Shown: positions 10,569 to 19,917 of the stretch, one piece after another
Position numbering within the stretch: position 1 is the stretch's first letter
Layout of the letters: every line of letters starts with the position of its first letter
Source of the DNA: Armatimonadota bacterium
GTDB lineage: Bacteria; Armatimonadota; SYMT01
Direction of reading: 5' to 3'
Length of the DNA stretch: 64,000 nt
Assembly: GCA_046292385.1 (NCBI GenBank)
Contig: JBKBRF010000022.1
Span: 1-64,000, forward strand
Program-made: the position numbers and the translations under genes
Notes under the pieces: model-generated
What the model saw: the letters and a program-made list of their open reading frames with translations, nothing else
Told to the model about the DNA's origin: nothing
The model's database searches: none

Positions 10569-11009
10569 TTGCAGGCGGCGCCGCGTCGCTTGCCGGCCAA
10601 TCATCCGGAGATCGAACAATGCGACGATTTGGCATCTTCTTGGGACAGACCGGCGCGCTGTGGCTGTCATCTTGTATGAAAGGGCGGCCACGGCGTGCCT
10701 GGGGAGCAGAGTCGCGCAGGATGCGGAAGAGAAGACACCCGATGAAGGCGCAGCCCTGGCGGAGATCCGCGGCAGCGTGTGCCACGAAACGACTCGATGC
10801 TGCGCAGGATGACCGGCAGTGCGCCTCCGATACGGCTGGCTGTATTGCGTTCTCCTCGCGACCGGGCCGCGCGGGGACCGCCCGCTCACGACGGTAAGCA
10901 GCACGAGGGAACCCGATCATCAGGTCTCCCGTATTGCTGCGATTGCTTGTTAACCAACGAAACACCACTAACCGCATCTGTATTCCGATGCGGGTGAGGA
11001 GACTCGTCG

Positions 11010-11504
11010 ATGTTGACGCAACCCAGAGAGGCGTCCGAGACCTGGGTGACCACTCACGGGCTTCGCAAGTTAGAGGAAGATCTGGCGGAGCTCCGGAGCC
11101 GCCGCGCCGAGGTGGCGGAGCGACTGCGCCAGGCCAAAGAGCTGGGCAACCTGGAGGAGAACACCGACTTTCAGGAAGCGAAAAACGAGCAGGCGCTGCT
11201 CGAGTCGCGGATCGCTGAGCTCCGGGAGACGATCGCGGGCGCATCCGTGCTGGACCCGGAGGACATTCCGGTGGATCGGGTCGGTCTTGGCTCGCTGGTG
11301 GTGGTCCGGGACCTGGTCGACGAAGAGGAGTGGGAGTTGACCCTCGTGGCGCCGGCGGAAGCCGATCCGGACCGCGACGCCATCTCGCATGAGTGCCCGC
11401 TGGGGCAGGCGCTGCTGGGGCGCGTGCCGGGTGACGTGGTGGAGGTGGAAGCGCCGCTGGGGCGGCTGCAGTACGAAGTGCTCTCGATCCGGCGCCCGGC
11501 GTGA
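11010..11504 (+). CDS. greA: GreA/GreB family elongation factor (atypical tip motif GNLEEN)
   Basis: TTHGLRKLEEDLAELR coiled coil, GNLEENTDFQEAKNEQ, ISHECPLGQALLG. Confidence 0.85.
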   Translation: MLTQPREASETWVTTHGLRKLEEDLAELRSRRAEVAERLRQAKELGNLEENTDFQEAKNEQALLESRIAELRETIAGASVLDPEDIPVDRVGLGSLVVVRDLVDEEEWELTLVAPAEADPDRDAISHECPLGQALLGRVPGDVVEVEAPLGRLQYEVLSIRRPA

Positions 11505-11545
11505 TACGCGGCGTCTCTATCCCGTTCGAAAGTAAGGAGCCCGAG

Positions 11546-12379
11546 ATGACGACCGCCACTCACACCGCCTTCTCCGCCAACGCCGGGAGGCACGCGGCGC
11601 GCCGCGTGTCCGGGCCGGTGCGGGAAGAGATCCCGGACCTGACACCGGGAGAGCTGGAAGCGCTGCTCGCCCAGTACCGCCGCACCCGGGACGTGGCGCT
11701 GCGCAACCGCCTAGTGCTGCAGTACCGCCGCCTGGTCTGGCACCTGGCCGGGCGCTTCGCCGGCGGACCGGCCGCGGGCCGGGAAGACCTGGTGCAGGTC
11801 GGCTTCATGGGACTGATCGTGGCGCTGGAGCGGTACGAGCCGGAGCGCAGCGGCAGCTTCGAGAAGTTCGCCACCCCCACCATCCTCGGCGTGATCAAGC
11901 ACTACCTGCGAGACCACACCTGGTCGCTCAAAGCGCCCCGGCGCCTGCGAGAGCTCTCCACCAGCCTCCGCGGCATCCGGGACCGCCTGGAGCAGCAGCT
12001 CGGCCGCTCGCCTACCATCGCGGAGATGGCGGAGGCCGCCGGCGCGACGGAGGAGCAGATCCTGGAGGCGATGGAGGTCGACCGTCACTACTACTCGGCC
12101 TCCGCGGATGCCTTGCGGGCGGGCGGGATGGGAGAGGCGCTGCGCTCCTGCTACGAGGCGCTTGGGGAGGAAGATCCCCAGCTGGATGACGTGGAGCGCC
12201 GGGAGGCGGTCCGCGGCATGCTGAGCACGCTGGAGGAGCGGGAGCGGACGATTCTCTACCAGCGCTTCTATGAAGAGAAGTCGCAGCTCCAGGTGGCACA
12301 GGGGCTCGGGATCTCCCAGATGCACGTCTCCCGCCTGGAGCGGCGGGCGCTCCAGCGCTTGAAGCTGCTGGTGGGTTGA
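11546..12379 (+). CDS. SigB/SigF/SigG-type RNA polymerase sigma factor
   Basis: EDLVQVGFMGL, FATPTILGVIKHYLRD, LGISQMHVSRLERRAL; RBS AAGGAG before ATG 11546. Confidence 0.93.
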   Translation: MTTATHTAFSANAGRHAARRVSGPVREEIPDLTPGELEALLAQYRRTRDVALRNRLVLQYRRLVWHLAGRFAGGPAAGREDLVQVGFMGLIVALERYEPERSGSFEKFATPTILGVIKHYLRDHTWSLKAPRRLRELSTSLRGIRDRLEQQLGRSPTIAEMAEAAGATEEQILEAMEVDRHYYSASADALRAGGMGEALRSCYEALGEEDPQLDDVERREAVRGMLSTLEERERTILYQRFYEEKSQLQVAQGLGISQMHVSRLERRALQRLKLLVG

Positions 12380-12710
12380 CGACGGAGCCGGTTACCGGAG
12401 CTGCCGCCGCTCTCCGCGGCCGGCCCGGGTATTCTCCCCCGTGGAGATCGCCCGGGCCGGCCGGGTCTCTTTTTAGGAGGCCACGCCGGCTTGATCCCTA
12501 CCGTGTTCTCCGCTCCCCACCTGCGCACCCCGGCGCAACCGGCTCCGAGCTTCTCCCCTACCGGTCGGGTTGACGGGCGTGGAGAACGGCAGCGGCCGAT
12601 CACCCCCAGCGGTTTCGGAGCCGTCGGACGCTCACGCCTTGCCATGGCGGAACGTGCGCCGGCTCCGGTTGCTCGCCCCCCGGGCGTCCAGGCGTCTAAC
12701 CGGAACTCAG

Positions 12711-12736
12711 GTTTAGAGGCACAGGCACGAGGGAAG
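12711..12736 (+). promoter_or_regulatory. Candidate SigB/SigF-type promoter upstream of ino1
   Basis: GTTTAG-N14-GGGAAG resembles the SigB consensus GTTTAA-N12-14-GGGWAW. Confidence 0.45.
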
Positions 12737-12836
12737 TGAAAGACACGCACCGGCCGCACGAGGTACAAGCAGCGGGCGAGCTTGCTGCGGCAGGTGCGGG
12801 GCTGACAGCATCTACTTAGCAGCGAGAAACCCCACC

Positions 12837-13934
12837 GTGGCTGGCAAGATTCGAGTGGCGATCATCGGCGTGGGCAACTGCGCCTCGTCCCTGGTGCAAG
12901 GCGTCCATTTCTACCGCGAGGCACGGGAGAACGACTTCGTCCCCGGCCTGATGCACGTGAGCCTGGGTGGTTACCACGTGCGGGACATCGAGTTCGTCGC
13001 CGCGTTCGACGTGAGCGCCGCGAAGGTCGGCAAAGACCTCGGCGAGGCGATCTACGCGGCCCCGAACAACACCTACCGCTTTGCGGAGGTCCCCCGGCTG
13101 AACGTGCCGGTGCACCGCGGCCCCACCCTGGACGGCGTGGGCAAGTACCTGCGGGACGTGATCGTCGAATCGCCGGAGCAGCCGGCCGACGTGGTGCGCG
13201 TGCTGAAGGAAGCCCGCGCCGACGTGGTGATCTCCTACCTGCCGGTCGGCTCGGAGCAGGCGACCCTGTGGTACGTGGAGCAGGTGCTGGAGGCGGGCTG
13301 CGGCTTCGTCAACTGCGTGCCGGTCTTCGTCGCCTCGCAGCCGTACTGGCGCCGCCACTTCGAGGAGCGCCGCCTCCCGATCGTGGGGGACGACATCAAG
13401 TCGCAGGTCGGCGCCACCATCACCCACCGGGTGCTGACCCACCTCTTCCGGGAGCGCGGGGTGCGGCTGGACCACACCTACCAGCTCAACTTCGGGGGTA
13501 ACACCGACTTCCAGAACATGCTGGAGCGGGAGCGGCTGGAATCGAAGAAGATCTCCAAGACCAACGCCGTCACCAGCCAGCTCGACTACCCGATCTCCAG
13601 CGCGGACGCCCACGTGGGGCCCAGCGACTACGTGCCGTGGCTGACCGACCGGAAGTTTTGCTACATCCGGATGGAAGGCACCACCTTCGGCAACGTGCCG
13701 CTCAACTGCGAGCTGAAGCTGGAGGTATGGGACTCGCCCAACTCCGCCGGCGTCGTGATCGACGCCCTCCGCTGCTGCAAGCTGGCGCTGGACCGCGGCA
13801 TCGGCGGCGCGCTGGACGGGCCCTCCAGCTACTTCATGAAAAGCCCGCCGCAGCAGTTCTCCGACGCGGAAGCCCACGCCCGCACCGAAGCGTTCATCGC
13901 GGACGGGCAGCCGTCCGGCCCTTCCGCGCGATAG
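12837..13934 (+). CDS. ino1: myo-inositol-1-phosphate synthase
   Basis: [51 protein letters not shown]. Confidence 0.96.
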   Translation: MAGKIRVAIIGVGNCASSLVQGVHFYREARENDFVPGLMHVSLGGYHVRDIEFVAAFDVSAAKVGKDLGEAIYAAPNNTYRFAEVPRLNVPVHRGPTLDGVGKYLRDVIVESPEQPADVVRVLKEARADVVISYLPVGSEQATLWYVEQVLEAGCGFVNCVPVFVASQPYWRRHFEERRLPIVGDDIKSQVGATITHRVLTHLFRERGVRLDHTYQLNFGGNTDFQNMLERERLESKKISKTNAVTSQLDYPISSADAHVGPSDYVPWLTDRKFCYIRMEGTTFGNVPLNCELKLEVWDSPNSAGVVIDALRCCKLALDRGIGGALDGPSSYFMKSPPQQFSDAEAHARTEAFIADGQPSGPSAR

Positions 13935-13967
13935 CTGCGCCCGGTCCGCCAGGCGTTAGAAGAAACG

Positions 13968-14747
13968 ATGAGTATCAGCCCCCCGGTCTCCGCCGACGCG
14001 CGGAGCTTGAGCCCGGAGCAGATCCAGCAGCGCGTGCGGGAGTTGGGTACCTGGTTCCACAACCTGGACCTGGGCGGGGTCCGCACCGCGCCGGACCACT
14101 TCCTGGGCGATTACCCGAACGTCAAGTGGCAGCGCTTCGCGCACGCGATTCCGGAAGACCTCCGCGGCAAGACGGTGCTCGACATCGGCTGCAACGGCGG
14201 CTTCTACTCGCTCGAGATGAAGCGCCGCGGCGCCGACCGCGTGGTGGCGGTCGACTTCGATCCCAGGTACCTGGCGCAGGCGCGCTTTGCCGCGGAGGTA
14301 AGCGGCCTGGAGATCGAGCTCCGGCAGCTCTCCGTCTACGACGTGGGGCGCCTGCGCGAGCGATTCGACGTGGTGCTCTTCATGGGCGTGCTCTACCACC
14401 TGCGGCACCCGCTGCTGGCGCTCGACCTGATCCACGAGCACGTGGCGGGCGACCTGCTGGTGTTCCAGTCGATGCAGCGCGGCAGCACGGAGATCGAGCC
14501 GCTGGAGTGCGACTATCCGTTCTCCGAGACGGAGGTCTTCGATCGCCCGGGCTACCCGAAGCTCCACTTCGTGGAGCAGCGCTACTCGCACGACCCCACC
14601 AACTGGTGGGTCCCGAACCAGGCGTGCGCGGAGGCGATGCTGCGCAGCGCCGGCTTCCGCATCCTGCGCCACCCGGAGCAGGAGGTCTACGTCTGCCGCC
14701 GCGAGGAGCGTCCAGCCGGCGATTACGCCGTCTACCCCGCGCGGTGA
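13968..14747 (+). CDS. SAM-dependent methyltransferase (TIGR04290-like)
   Basis: WFHNLDL..TAPDHFLGDYP, VLDIGCNGGFYS, GVLYHLRHPL, DPTNWW. Confidence 0.85.
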   Translation: MSISPPVSADARSLSPEQIQQRVRELGTWFHNLDLGGVRTAPDHFLGDYPNVKWQRFAHAIPEDLRGKTVLDIGCNGGFYSLEMKRRGADRVVAVDFDPRYLAQARFAAEVSGLEIELRQLSVYDVGRLRERFDVVLFMGVLYHLRHPLLALDLIHEHVAGDLLVFQSMQRGSTEIEPLECDYPFSETEVFDRPGYPKLHFVEQRYSHDPTNWWVPNQACAEAMLRSAGFRILRHPEQEVYVCRREERPAGDYAVYPAR

Positions 14748-14993
14748 GGGTGACCGGCTGAAGCGCTCCGCTGCCGGGCGGTTGAAACCGCAGCAACGAC
14801 GGCACGAAGTCCCCCTTCGGGGACTCAGAAGGACCCCGTTCCGGCGTCCGGAGGACGCTTGGCCGGAGGCCGCCTAGCGAGGGAATTCATTCCCTCGCGG
14901 CACTGCGCGGTCGAGAGTGGCACGGGACAGCAGGAGGGCCCGGGGGCAACCCCGGCACATCTGGCACGGTAGAACGACGATAGGGGATGCTCG

Positions 14994-15968
14994 ATGGTTG
15001 AAGCGGTGATGTTCTGGAACGAGCCGAACAACAAGTCGCACTGGGACTTCGAGATCGATCCGGAATGGATGATGTTCGGCGAGATGGTCAAGCTGGCGGC
15101 GGAAGCGGTCGCCGCGGTAAACCCCCGGCTTCCCCGCGTTCTGGGCGGCATCTCTCCGATCGACCCGGCGTTCATCGAGCGTCTGAAGGACCAGGGGGTG
15201 CTCGACACGCTCAACGTGGTGGCGGTGCACGGTTTTCCGCTCGACTGGAACCACTGGCAGATCCACGAGTGGCCGGAAAAGCTGAAGGAGATCCAGGCGG
15301 TGACCGAGCTGCCGGTCTGGGTCTCGGAGGTTGGCGTCTCCACCTTCGGGGCGGAAGAGGTGCAGGAGTTCGGCCTCAAGCGCACCGCCGAGCTGCTGCG
15401 CGGCCTGGCACCGCGCATCCACTGGTACAGCCTCTACGACCTTCCGAAGGCGTGGCCGGCTACCACTCGCCACCGGGAGGCGGAAGGTTCCTCCTACTAC
15501 CGTCATTTCTACATGGGCCTGATCCGGGAAGACGGCACGCCCAAGCTGGCGCTGAAGCACTTCTCCGACTACACCCCGGACCTGGGGATCTGCCAGTGGT
15601 TCCACTACGAGGACCACCGGCTGGACGAGGCGGTGGAGTGGCTCCGGAAGCTCGGGGTGCGGCACCTGCGGACCGGGTTGAGCTGGGCCGACAGCTTCCG
15701 GCCCGACGCGATGGCGTGGTTCGATCGGATGATGGACGCGCTCGGTGAGTTCCAGGTGACCGTCACCTTCTGCTTCACGCCGGAGCATCGCGGGATTCAG
15801 CCGCATCACACCAGCCCGCCGCAGGAGCCACGGGAGTTCGCGGAGTTCTGTGCGGAGATGGTCCGCCGCTACGCCCCCGCGGACGCCGCCTCCGGGGTGC
15901 GGACGGGCCCCGGCGTGCCGCCACTCAACGGCAGCGCGCGGACCAAAGAGCTGCTCTCCGTTCCCTGA
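14994..15968 (+). CDS. Beta-xylosidase-like clan GH-A hydrolase, apparently circularly permuted
   Basis: WNEPN at the extreme N-terminus, PVWVSEVG nucleophile, GVRHLRTGLSW strand near the C-terminus. Confidence 0.75.
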   Translation: MVEAVMFWNEPNNKSHWDFEIDPEWMMFGEMVKLAAEAVAAVNPRLPRVLGGISPIDPAFIERLKDQGVLDTLNVVAVHGFPLDWNHWQIHEWPEKLKEIQAVTELPVWVSEVGVSTFGAEEVQEFGLKRTAELLRGLAPRIHWYSLYDLPKAWPATTRHREAEGSSYYRHFYMGLIREDGTPKLALKHFSDYTPDLGICQWFHYEDHRLDEAVEWLRKLGVRHLRTGLSWADSFRPDAMAWFDRMMDALGEFQVTVTFCFTPEHRGIQPHHTSPPQEPREFAEFCAEMVRRYAPADAASGVRTGPGVPPLNGSARTKELLSVP

Positions 15969-15981
15969 GGTCGCACCGGAC

Positions 15982-17724
15982 GTGATCGTCTACGGCGACC
16001 CGCGGTACGTCCGTCCCGCCGGCCGGATGCTGCGGCGGCTGCGGGAAGCGGCACAGTCCGCGGGCTCCGCGCCGGACGACTCCCGCGCCGCCCTGCTCCA
16101 GGCTGGGTGCCTGGAGCAGGCGGTGGCGGACCAGCTCCCGGAGCACGGGGCGGCGGTCCAGCGGGTCACCGACTGCTTTGCCGACCGGTTCGAGACGCTA
16201 CGACGCGGCGCACCGGACGATCGTGCGAACGCCGCGCGGCTCCGCCGGGCGCTGGCGGAGCTCGGCTTGCCCGAGGAGCACGACCTCACCGTCCGCGTTC
16301 CGGAGGGCTTTGCCTTCTACGCGCTCTTTCCGGAGCAGTACGCCGCCGCCGCACTGCGGTGGGCCGCCCGGTACCCGCAGGGGCGCGTCCTCGTGGTCGG
16401 CCTCCGCAGTATCGGCACCACGCTCTCCGCGGTGGTCGCCGCGGCACTCCGGAGAGAAGGGCGAGCCGTCCGGCGGCTGACGGTGCGTCCCGCCGGGCAT
16501 CCCTTTGCGAGAGAGGTGGAGCTTCCGGCGGGGGTCACGGCCGGTGCCGAGTGGGCCCTGGTGGTGGATGAAGGCCCCGGCCTCTCCGGCTCCTCCATGG
16601 CCGCCGCCGCCGAGGCGCTGGTCCGTGCCGGACTGCGGCGGGACCAGGTCGCCTTTCTGCCCGGCCACGCGCACGGACCCGGTACCGCAGCGTCTCCCGA
16701 GGTCCGGAAGTGGTGGGAGACGACCCCGCGGTTCTTGGTCCCGCCGGAGGAGATCCGGTGGGAGGGCCGCACGCTCCACGAGCTCCTCGCGGAGCGCTCG
16801 CAGCGGCTCTGCCCGGCGGCGGGAGCCGTGATTTCGATCGAGGACCTGGGCGGCGGGGCCTGGCGGGGCGCCGTCTTCGGCGACCCCGACGCGTGGCCGG
16901 CGGCGTTCGCTCCGTTCGAGCTGCCGAAGCTGCGGTGCGTGTTTCAGGACGGCAGCGCGCTCCTCTGGAAGTTCGCGGGGCTTTCCGGCGAGGAGGAGAG
17001 CCCTGCCGCGGCGGCGGCCGCCCGCCTGCGAGCCGGCGCCGCCGCGGGTTGGATGCTCGCTCCGCGGGAGGAATGCCTCGGATTCGTCGCCGTGCCGTGG
17101 GTCGGCGCCCCTCCCCTGACCTCCGCTGACGCGGCCCCCGGCGTGCTGCGGCAGATCGGAGAGTACCTCGCGTGGGCGGCCGGCCCCCCGGTGTCGCCGG
17201 ACGAGGCCGCCGCGGCGCAGTCTCGCCTGGGCGAGCTGCTCGCCTGGAACAGCGTAGAGGCGCTCGGGGAGGAGGCGCGCGAGCCCGCGCGGGTCCTGAT
17301 CGAGAGCGCTGCCGCCTGGCTTGCCGGCCGGGAGCCGCCCCAGGCGGGCGACGGGCGGCTGGCGCCGGTGGAGTGGCGGCTGCAGCCGAGTGGACGCCTG
17401 CTGAAGCTCGACGGTACCGGTCACCACGCGGACCATACGGCGGTCGGACGGCAGCCGCTCTGGTGGGATGTCGCCGGGGCGGAGGTGGAGTGGGAGCTCG
17501 GGCCGAAAGAGGCGGCCCTCCTCCGCCGGAGCGCCCTGCCGCCGCAGCTGCTCGCGGCCCCGGATCTCGTGCTGCGCTTCTACCGCGCCGCGTACGCGGC
17601 GTTCCGCGTGGGGCAGGCCTCTCTTTGCGAGGGAGCCGCGGCCGACCCGCGCGAGCAGGCGCGGCTGCGGACGGCCGGCAGCTTCTACCGCCGCGCGCTG
17701 GCGCGGGAGCTGCGAACGCCGTGA
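15982..17724 (+). CDS. Hypothetical protein with PRTase-like motif and C-terminal phosphotransferase-like region
   Basis: MIVYGD start, VVGLRSIGTTL, LVVDEGPGLSGSS (PRPP-loop-like), GDGRLAPVEW..LLKLD (kinase-like). Confidence 0.6.
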   Translation: MIVYGDPRYVRPAGRMLRRLREAAQSAGSAPDDSRAALLQAGCLEQAVADQLPEHGAAVQRVTDCFADRFETLRRGAPDDRANAARLRRALAELGLPEEHDLTVRVPEGFAFYALFPEQYAAAALRWAARYPQGRVLVVGLRSIGTTLSAVVAAALRREGRAVRRLTVRPAGHPFAREVELPAGVTAGAEWALVVDEGPGLSGSSMAAAAEALVRAGLRRDQVAFLPGHAHGPGTAASPEVRKWWETTPRFLVPPEEIRWEGRTLHELLAERSQRLCPAAGAVISIEDLGGGAWRGAVFGDPDAWPAAFAPFELPKLRCVFQDGSALLWKFAGLSGEEESPAAAAAARLRAGAAAGWMLAPREECLGFVAVPWVGAPPLTSADAAPGVLRQIGEYLAWAAGPPVSPDEAAAAQSRLGELLAWNSVEALGEEAREPARVLIESAAAWLAGREPPQAGDGRLAPVEWRLQPSGRLLKLDGTGHHADHTAVGRQPLWWDVAGAEVEWELGPKEAALLRRSALPPQLLAAPDLVLRFYRAAYAAFRVGQASLCEGAAADPREQARLRTAGSFYRRALARELRTP

Positions 17725-17978
17725 TGATCCAAGATTCCGTCGACTCCGTCCTCCCGAGCGGTGCGACGGCCGGCGGCTCTCCGCGGGACGAAGATTCCGC
17801 TGCGGCAGCCTCCGTGCCCGGCTTCGCGAAAGAGACGGCGGGGAAGCCGTGGTAGAATGCAGTTATCGACTCTCTGCCGGGCGGGCGACCGACCGATATA
17901 AGACTCGGCACACCGAGCGCTTGCCTGCTGTTCTTCTCGGGAGGGCAGCGCGCGTGACGAAGGACTGAGGGCAGAGTC

Positions 17979-18821
17979 TTGTTGTCCGGCACCTATATCT
18001 ACGGCATGGACCGGAAGGGCCGCGTGGTGATGCCCGCGCAGTTCCGGACGCAGCTCGGGGTTCCGTTCGTGCTCACCCGCGCTCCGGGCCAGTGCCTGCT
18101 GGCGCTCTCCGAGCCGCAGTGGGAGGCGCTGGTGGAGCGGTACGAGCAGAGCGTGCTCTTTCGCGGCTACTATCTCTCCGCCGCCGTCAACTGCCCCGTC
18201 GACGACACCACCGGCCGGTTCCTGATTCCCCACGTGCTCCGGGAGTACGCGGAGCTCCGCCCGATGGACGAGGTGGCGATCTGTGGGATCGGGCGGGCGG
18301 TCCAGGTGGCGCGCCGCACGCGGTGGGAGGAGCACCTGAAGGCGGGCGAGTTCCCCAGCCTGGGGCAGCTCGACCTCGACCTCGAGGTGCCGCGGCCGGT
18401 CGAGACGCAGCCGTACGAGCAGAAGACCCGCCGCATCCTGGGGCTCCCGGTGATCCAGTGCCGCGGCCGGATGCACGGCAAGGGCGTGCGGCGCCTCCTC
18501 TCCACCATCATGAAGCTGATGGAGGACCAGCCGCCGCTGATCGTGCTCGACGTGCGCGAGACGGGCGAGACGCTGCCGGCGATGGGCCTGGTCCAGACCC
18601 TCTCCCGCCCCCAGCGCGTGGAGAAGATGATCCCGCTCTGGGTGGTCGCCGACGTGGAGCTGCCCTCGGACGACGGCGTCTTCTACTTCCGGGACCTGGA
18701 AGATGTCTTCCTGCGGCTGGAAGAGCTCCGGCCCCCCACCCGCCGGCGCGCCAAGCGGCCCGATCCGGAGCCGGAGGAGATCCTCGGCCTCGTCGGACCG
18801 GACGGCACGGAGCTGAAGTAG
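17979..18821 (+). CDS. MraZ-like regulator with C-terminal STAS-like extension
   Basis: GTYIYGMDRKGRVVMPAQFR and VDDTTGRFLIPHVLREYA (two AbrB repeats); C-terminal VIQCRGRMH...IVLDVRE. Confidence 0.75.
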   Translation: MLSGTYIYGMDRKGRVVMPAQFRTQLGVPFVLTRAPGQCLLALSEPQWEALVERYEQSVLFRGYYLSAAVNCPVDDTTGRFLIPHVLREYAELRPMDEVAICGIGRAVQVARRTRWEEHLKAGEFPSLGQLDLDLEVPRPVETQPYEQKTRRILGLPVIQCRGRMHGKGVRRLLSTIMKLMEDQPPLIVLDVRETGETLPAMGLVQTLSRPQRVEKMIPLWVVADVELPSDDGVFYFRDLEDVFLRLEELRPPTRRRAKRPDPEPEEILGLVGPDGTELK

Positions 18822-18882
18822 CCGCGTCTACCCGCTCCGGCAGCCTCCGCAGCCACGCCCCCGCTTGAAGGCCAGTCACGAG

Positions 18883-19815
18883 ATGATCGATCTCGAAGCC
18901 GCGTCCCGATTCCTCGCGAGCCGATTCGGGGCCGGAGTCACCGATCTTGCTCCCCTGGGTGCGGGCGACTGGTCGCGCGCGTTCTCCTTTCGGCTGGGCG
19001 GACGCGAGCTGGTCGCCCGGTTCGGGCGGCACCGCGAGGATTTCGAGAAGGACCGTCAGGCGATGGCCTTCCGCCGTCCTGACCTTCCGGTGCCGGAGTT
19101 GCTGGAGATCGGGGAGATCCCCGACGGGTTCTACGCCGTTTCCGAGCGGCACTTCGGGACCTTCCTCGAAGCGATGGACGCGCGGGCGTGGCGGCACGCG
19201 CTGCCGGTGCTGCTGCGGGCACTCGACGCGCTGCGTGCCGTCGAGCCGCCGGGACGCGGGGTCGAGTGGTCGACGACGGAGGAAGTCCCACCCGTTACCT
19301 GGCGCGAGTGGCTGCTTGCCTCACTGGAGGACCGGCCGGGGGAGCGGGTGAGTGGCTGGCGAGCGCGGCTGGCGGAGGTGCGGGAGCTGGAAGCCCTCTT
19401 CACCGCCGGGGAACGTGCGCTGCAATCGCTGCTGCCGGCGTGCCCGGAGCTGCGGTGCCTCGTCCACCGCGACCTTCTAAACCGCAACGTCCTGGTGGCG
19501 GACGATGGCTCGCGCCTGGAGGCGGTGTTCGATTGGGGCTGCTCGGTCGCCGGGGACTTCCTCTACGAGGTGGCGTGGCTCACCTACTGGGCGCCCTGGT
19601 ACCCGGCGCTGGCGGAGCTCGGTTTCCGCGAGCGGGTGCGGGAGCACTACGCTGCCATCCCGCTCGACGTGCCGCACTTCGACGAGCGGCTGACCGCGTA
19701 CGAGCTGCAGATCGGGCTGGAGCACATCGCCTACTGCACCTTCTCCGGCAGGGAAGCGGACCGGCGCGACGTGGCACGGCGAACAGCCGAGGTGCTGCGG
19801 CGCGTGACGGGCTGA
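18883..19815 (+). CDS. Aminoglycoside phosphotransferase (APH)-family kinase
   Basis: LGAGDWSRAF, LVHRDLLNRNVL, VFDWG. Confidence 0.85.
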   Translation: MIDLEAASRFLASRFGAGVTDLAPLGAGDWSRAFSFRLGGRELVARFGRHREDFEKDRQAMAFRRPDLPVPELLEIGEIPDGFYAVSERHFGTFLEAMDARAWRHALPVLLRALDALRAVEPPGRGVEWSTTEEVPPVTWREWLLASLEDRPGERVSGWRARLAEVRELEALFTAGERALQSLLPACPELRCLVHRDLLNRNVLVADDGSRLEAVFDWGCSVAGDFLYEVAWLTYWAPWYPALAELGFRERVREHYAAIPLDVPHFDERLTAYELQIGLEHIAYCTFSGREADRRDVARRTAEVLRRVTG

Positions 19816-19917
19816 TCGCGGGCCTGCGAGTATGTCCGGCTACCGCCGAGGAGTGGGAGCCAGGGTTAGCAGGCTGCAGGTTGGCAAGTTGCAGGTTCCG
19901 CCCCCCGGCAGCGCTTC

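Noticed and set aside
14755..14900. Possible riboswitch or ncRNA between the methyltransferase and GH genes
   Set aside because: Only short hairpins (e.g. AGTCCCC-ttcg-GGGACT) that look like REP remnants; no recognisable aptamer
18883..19815. Aminoglycoside resistance gene
   Set aside because: Only generic APH-fold motifs; substrate cannot be inferred and there is no mobile context
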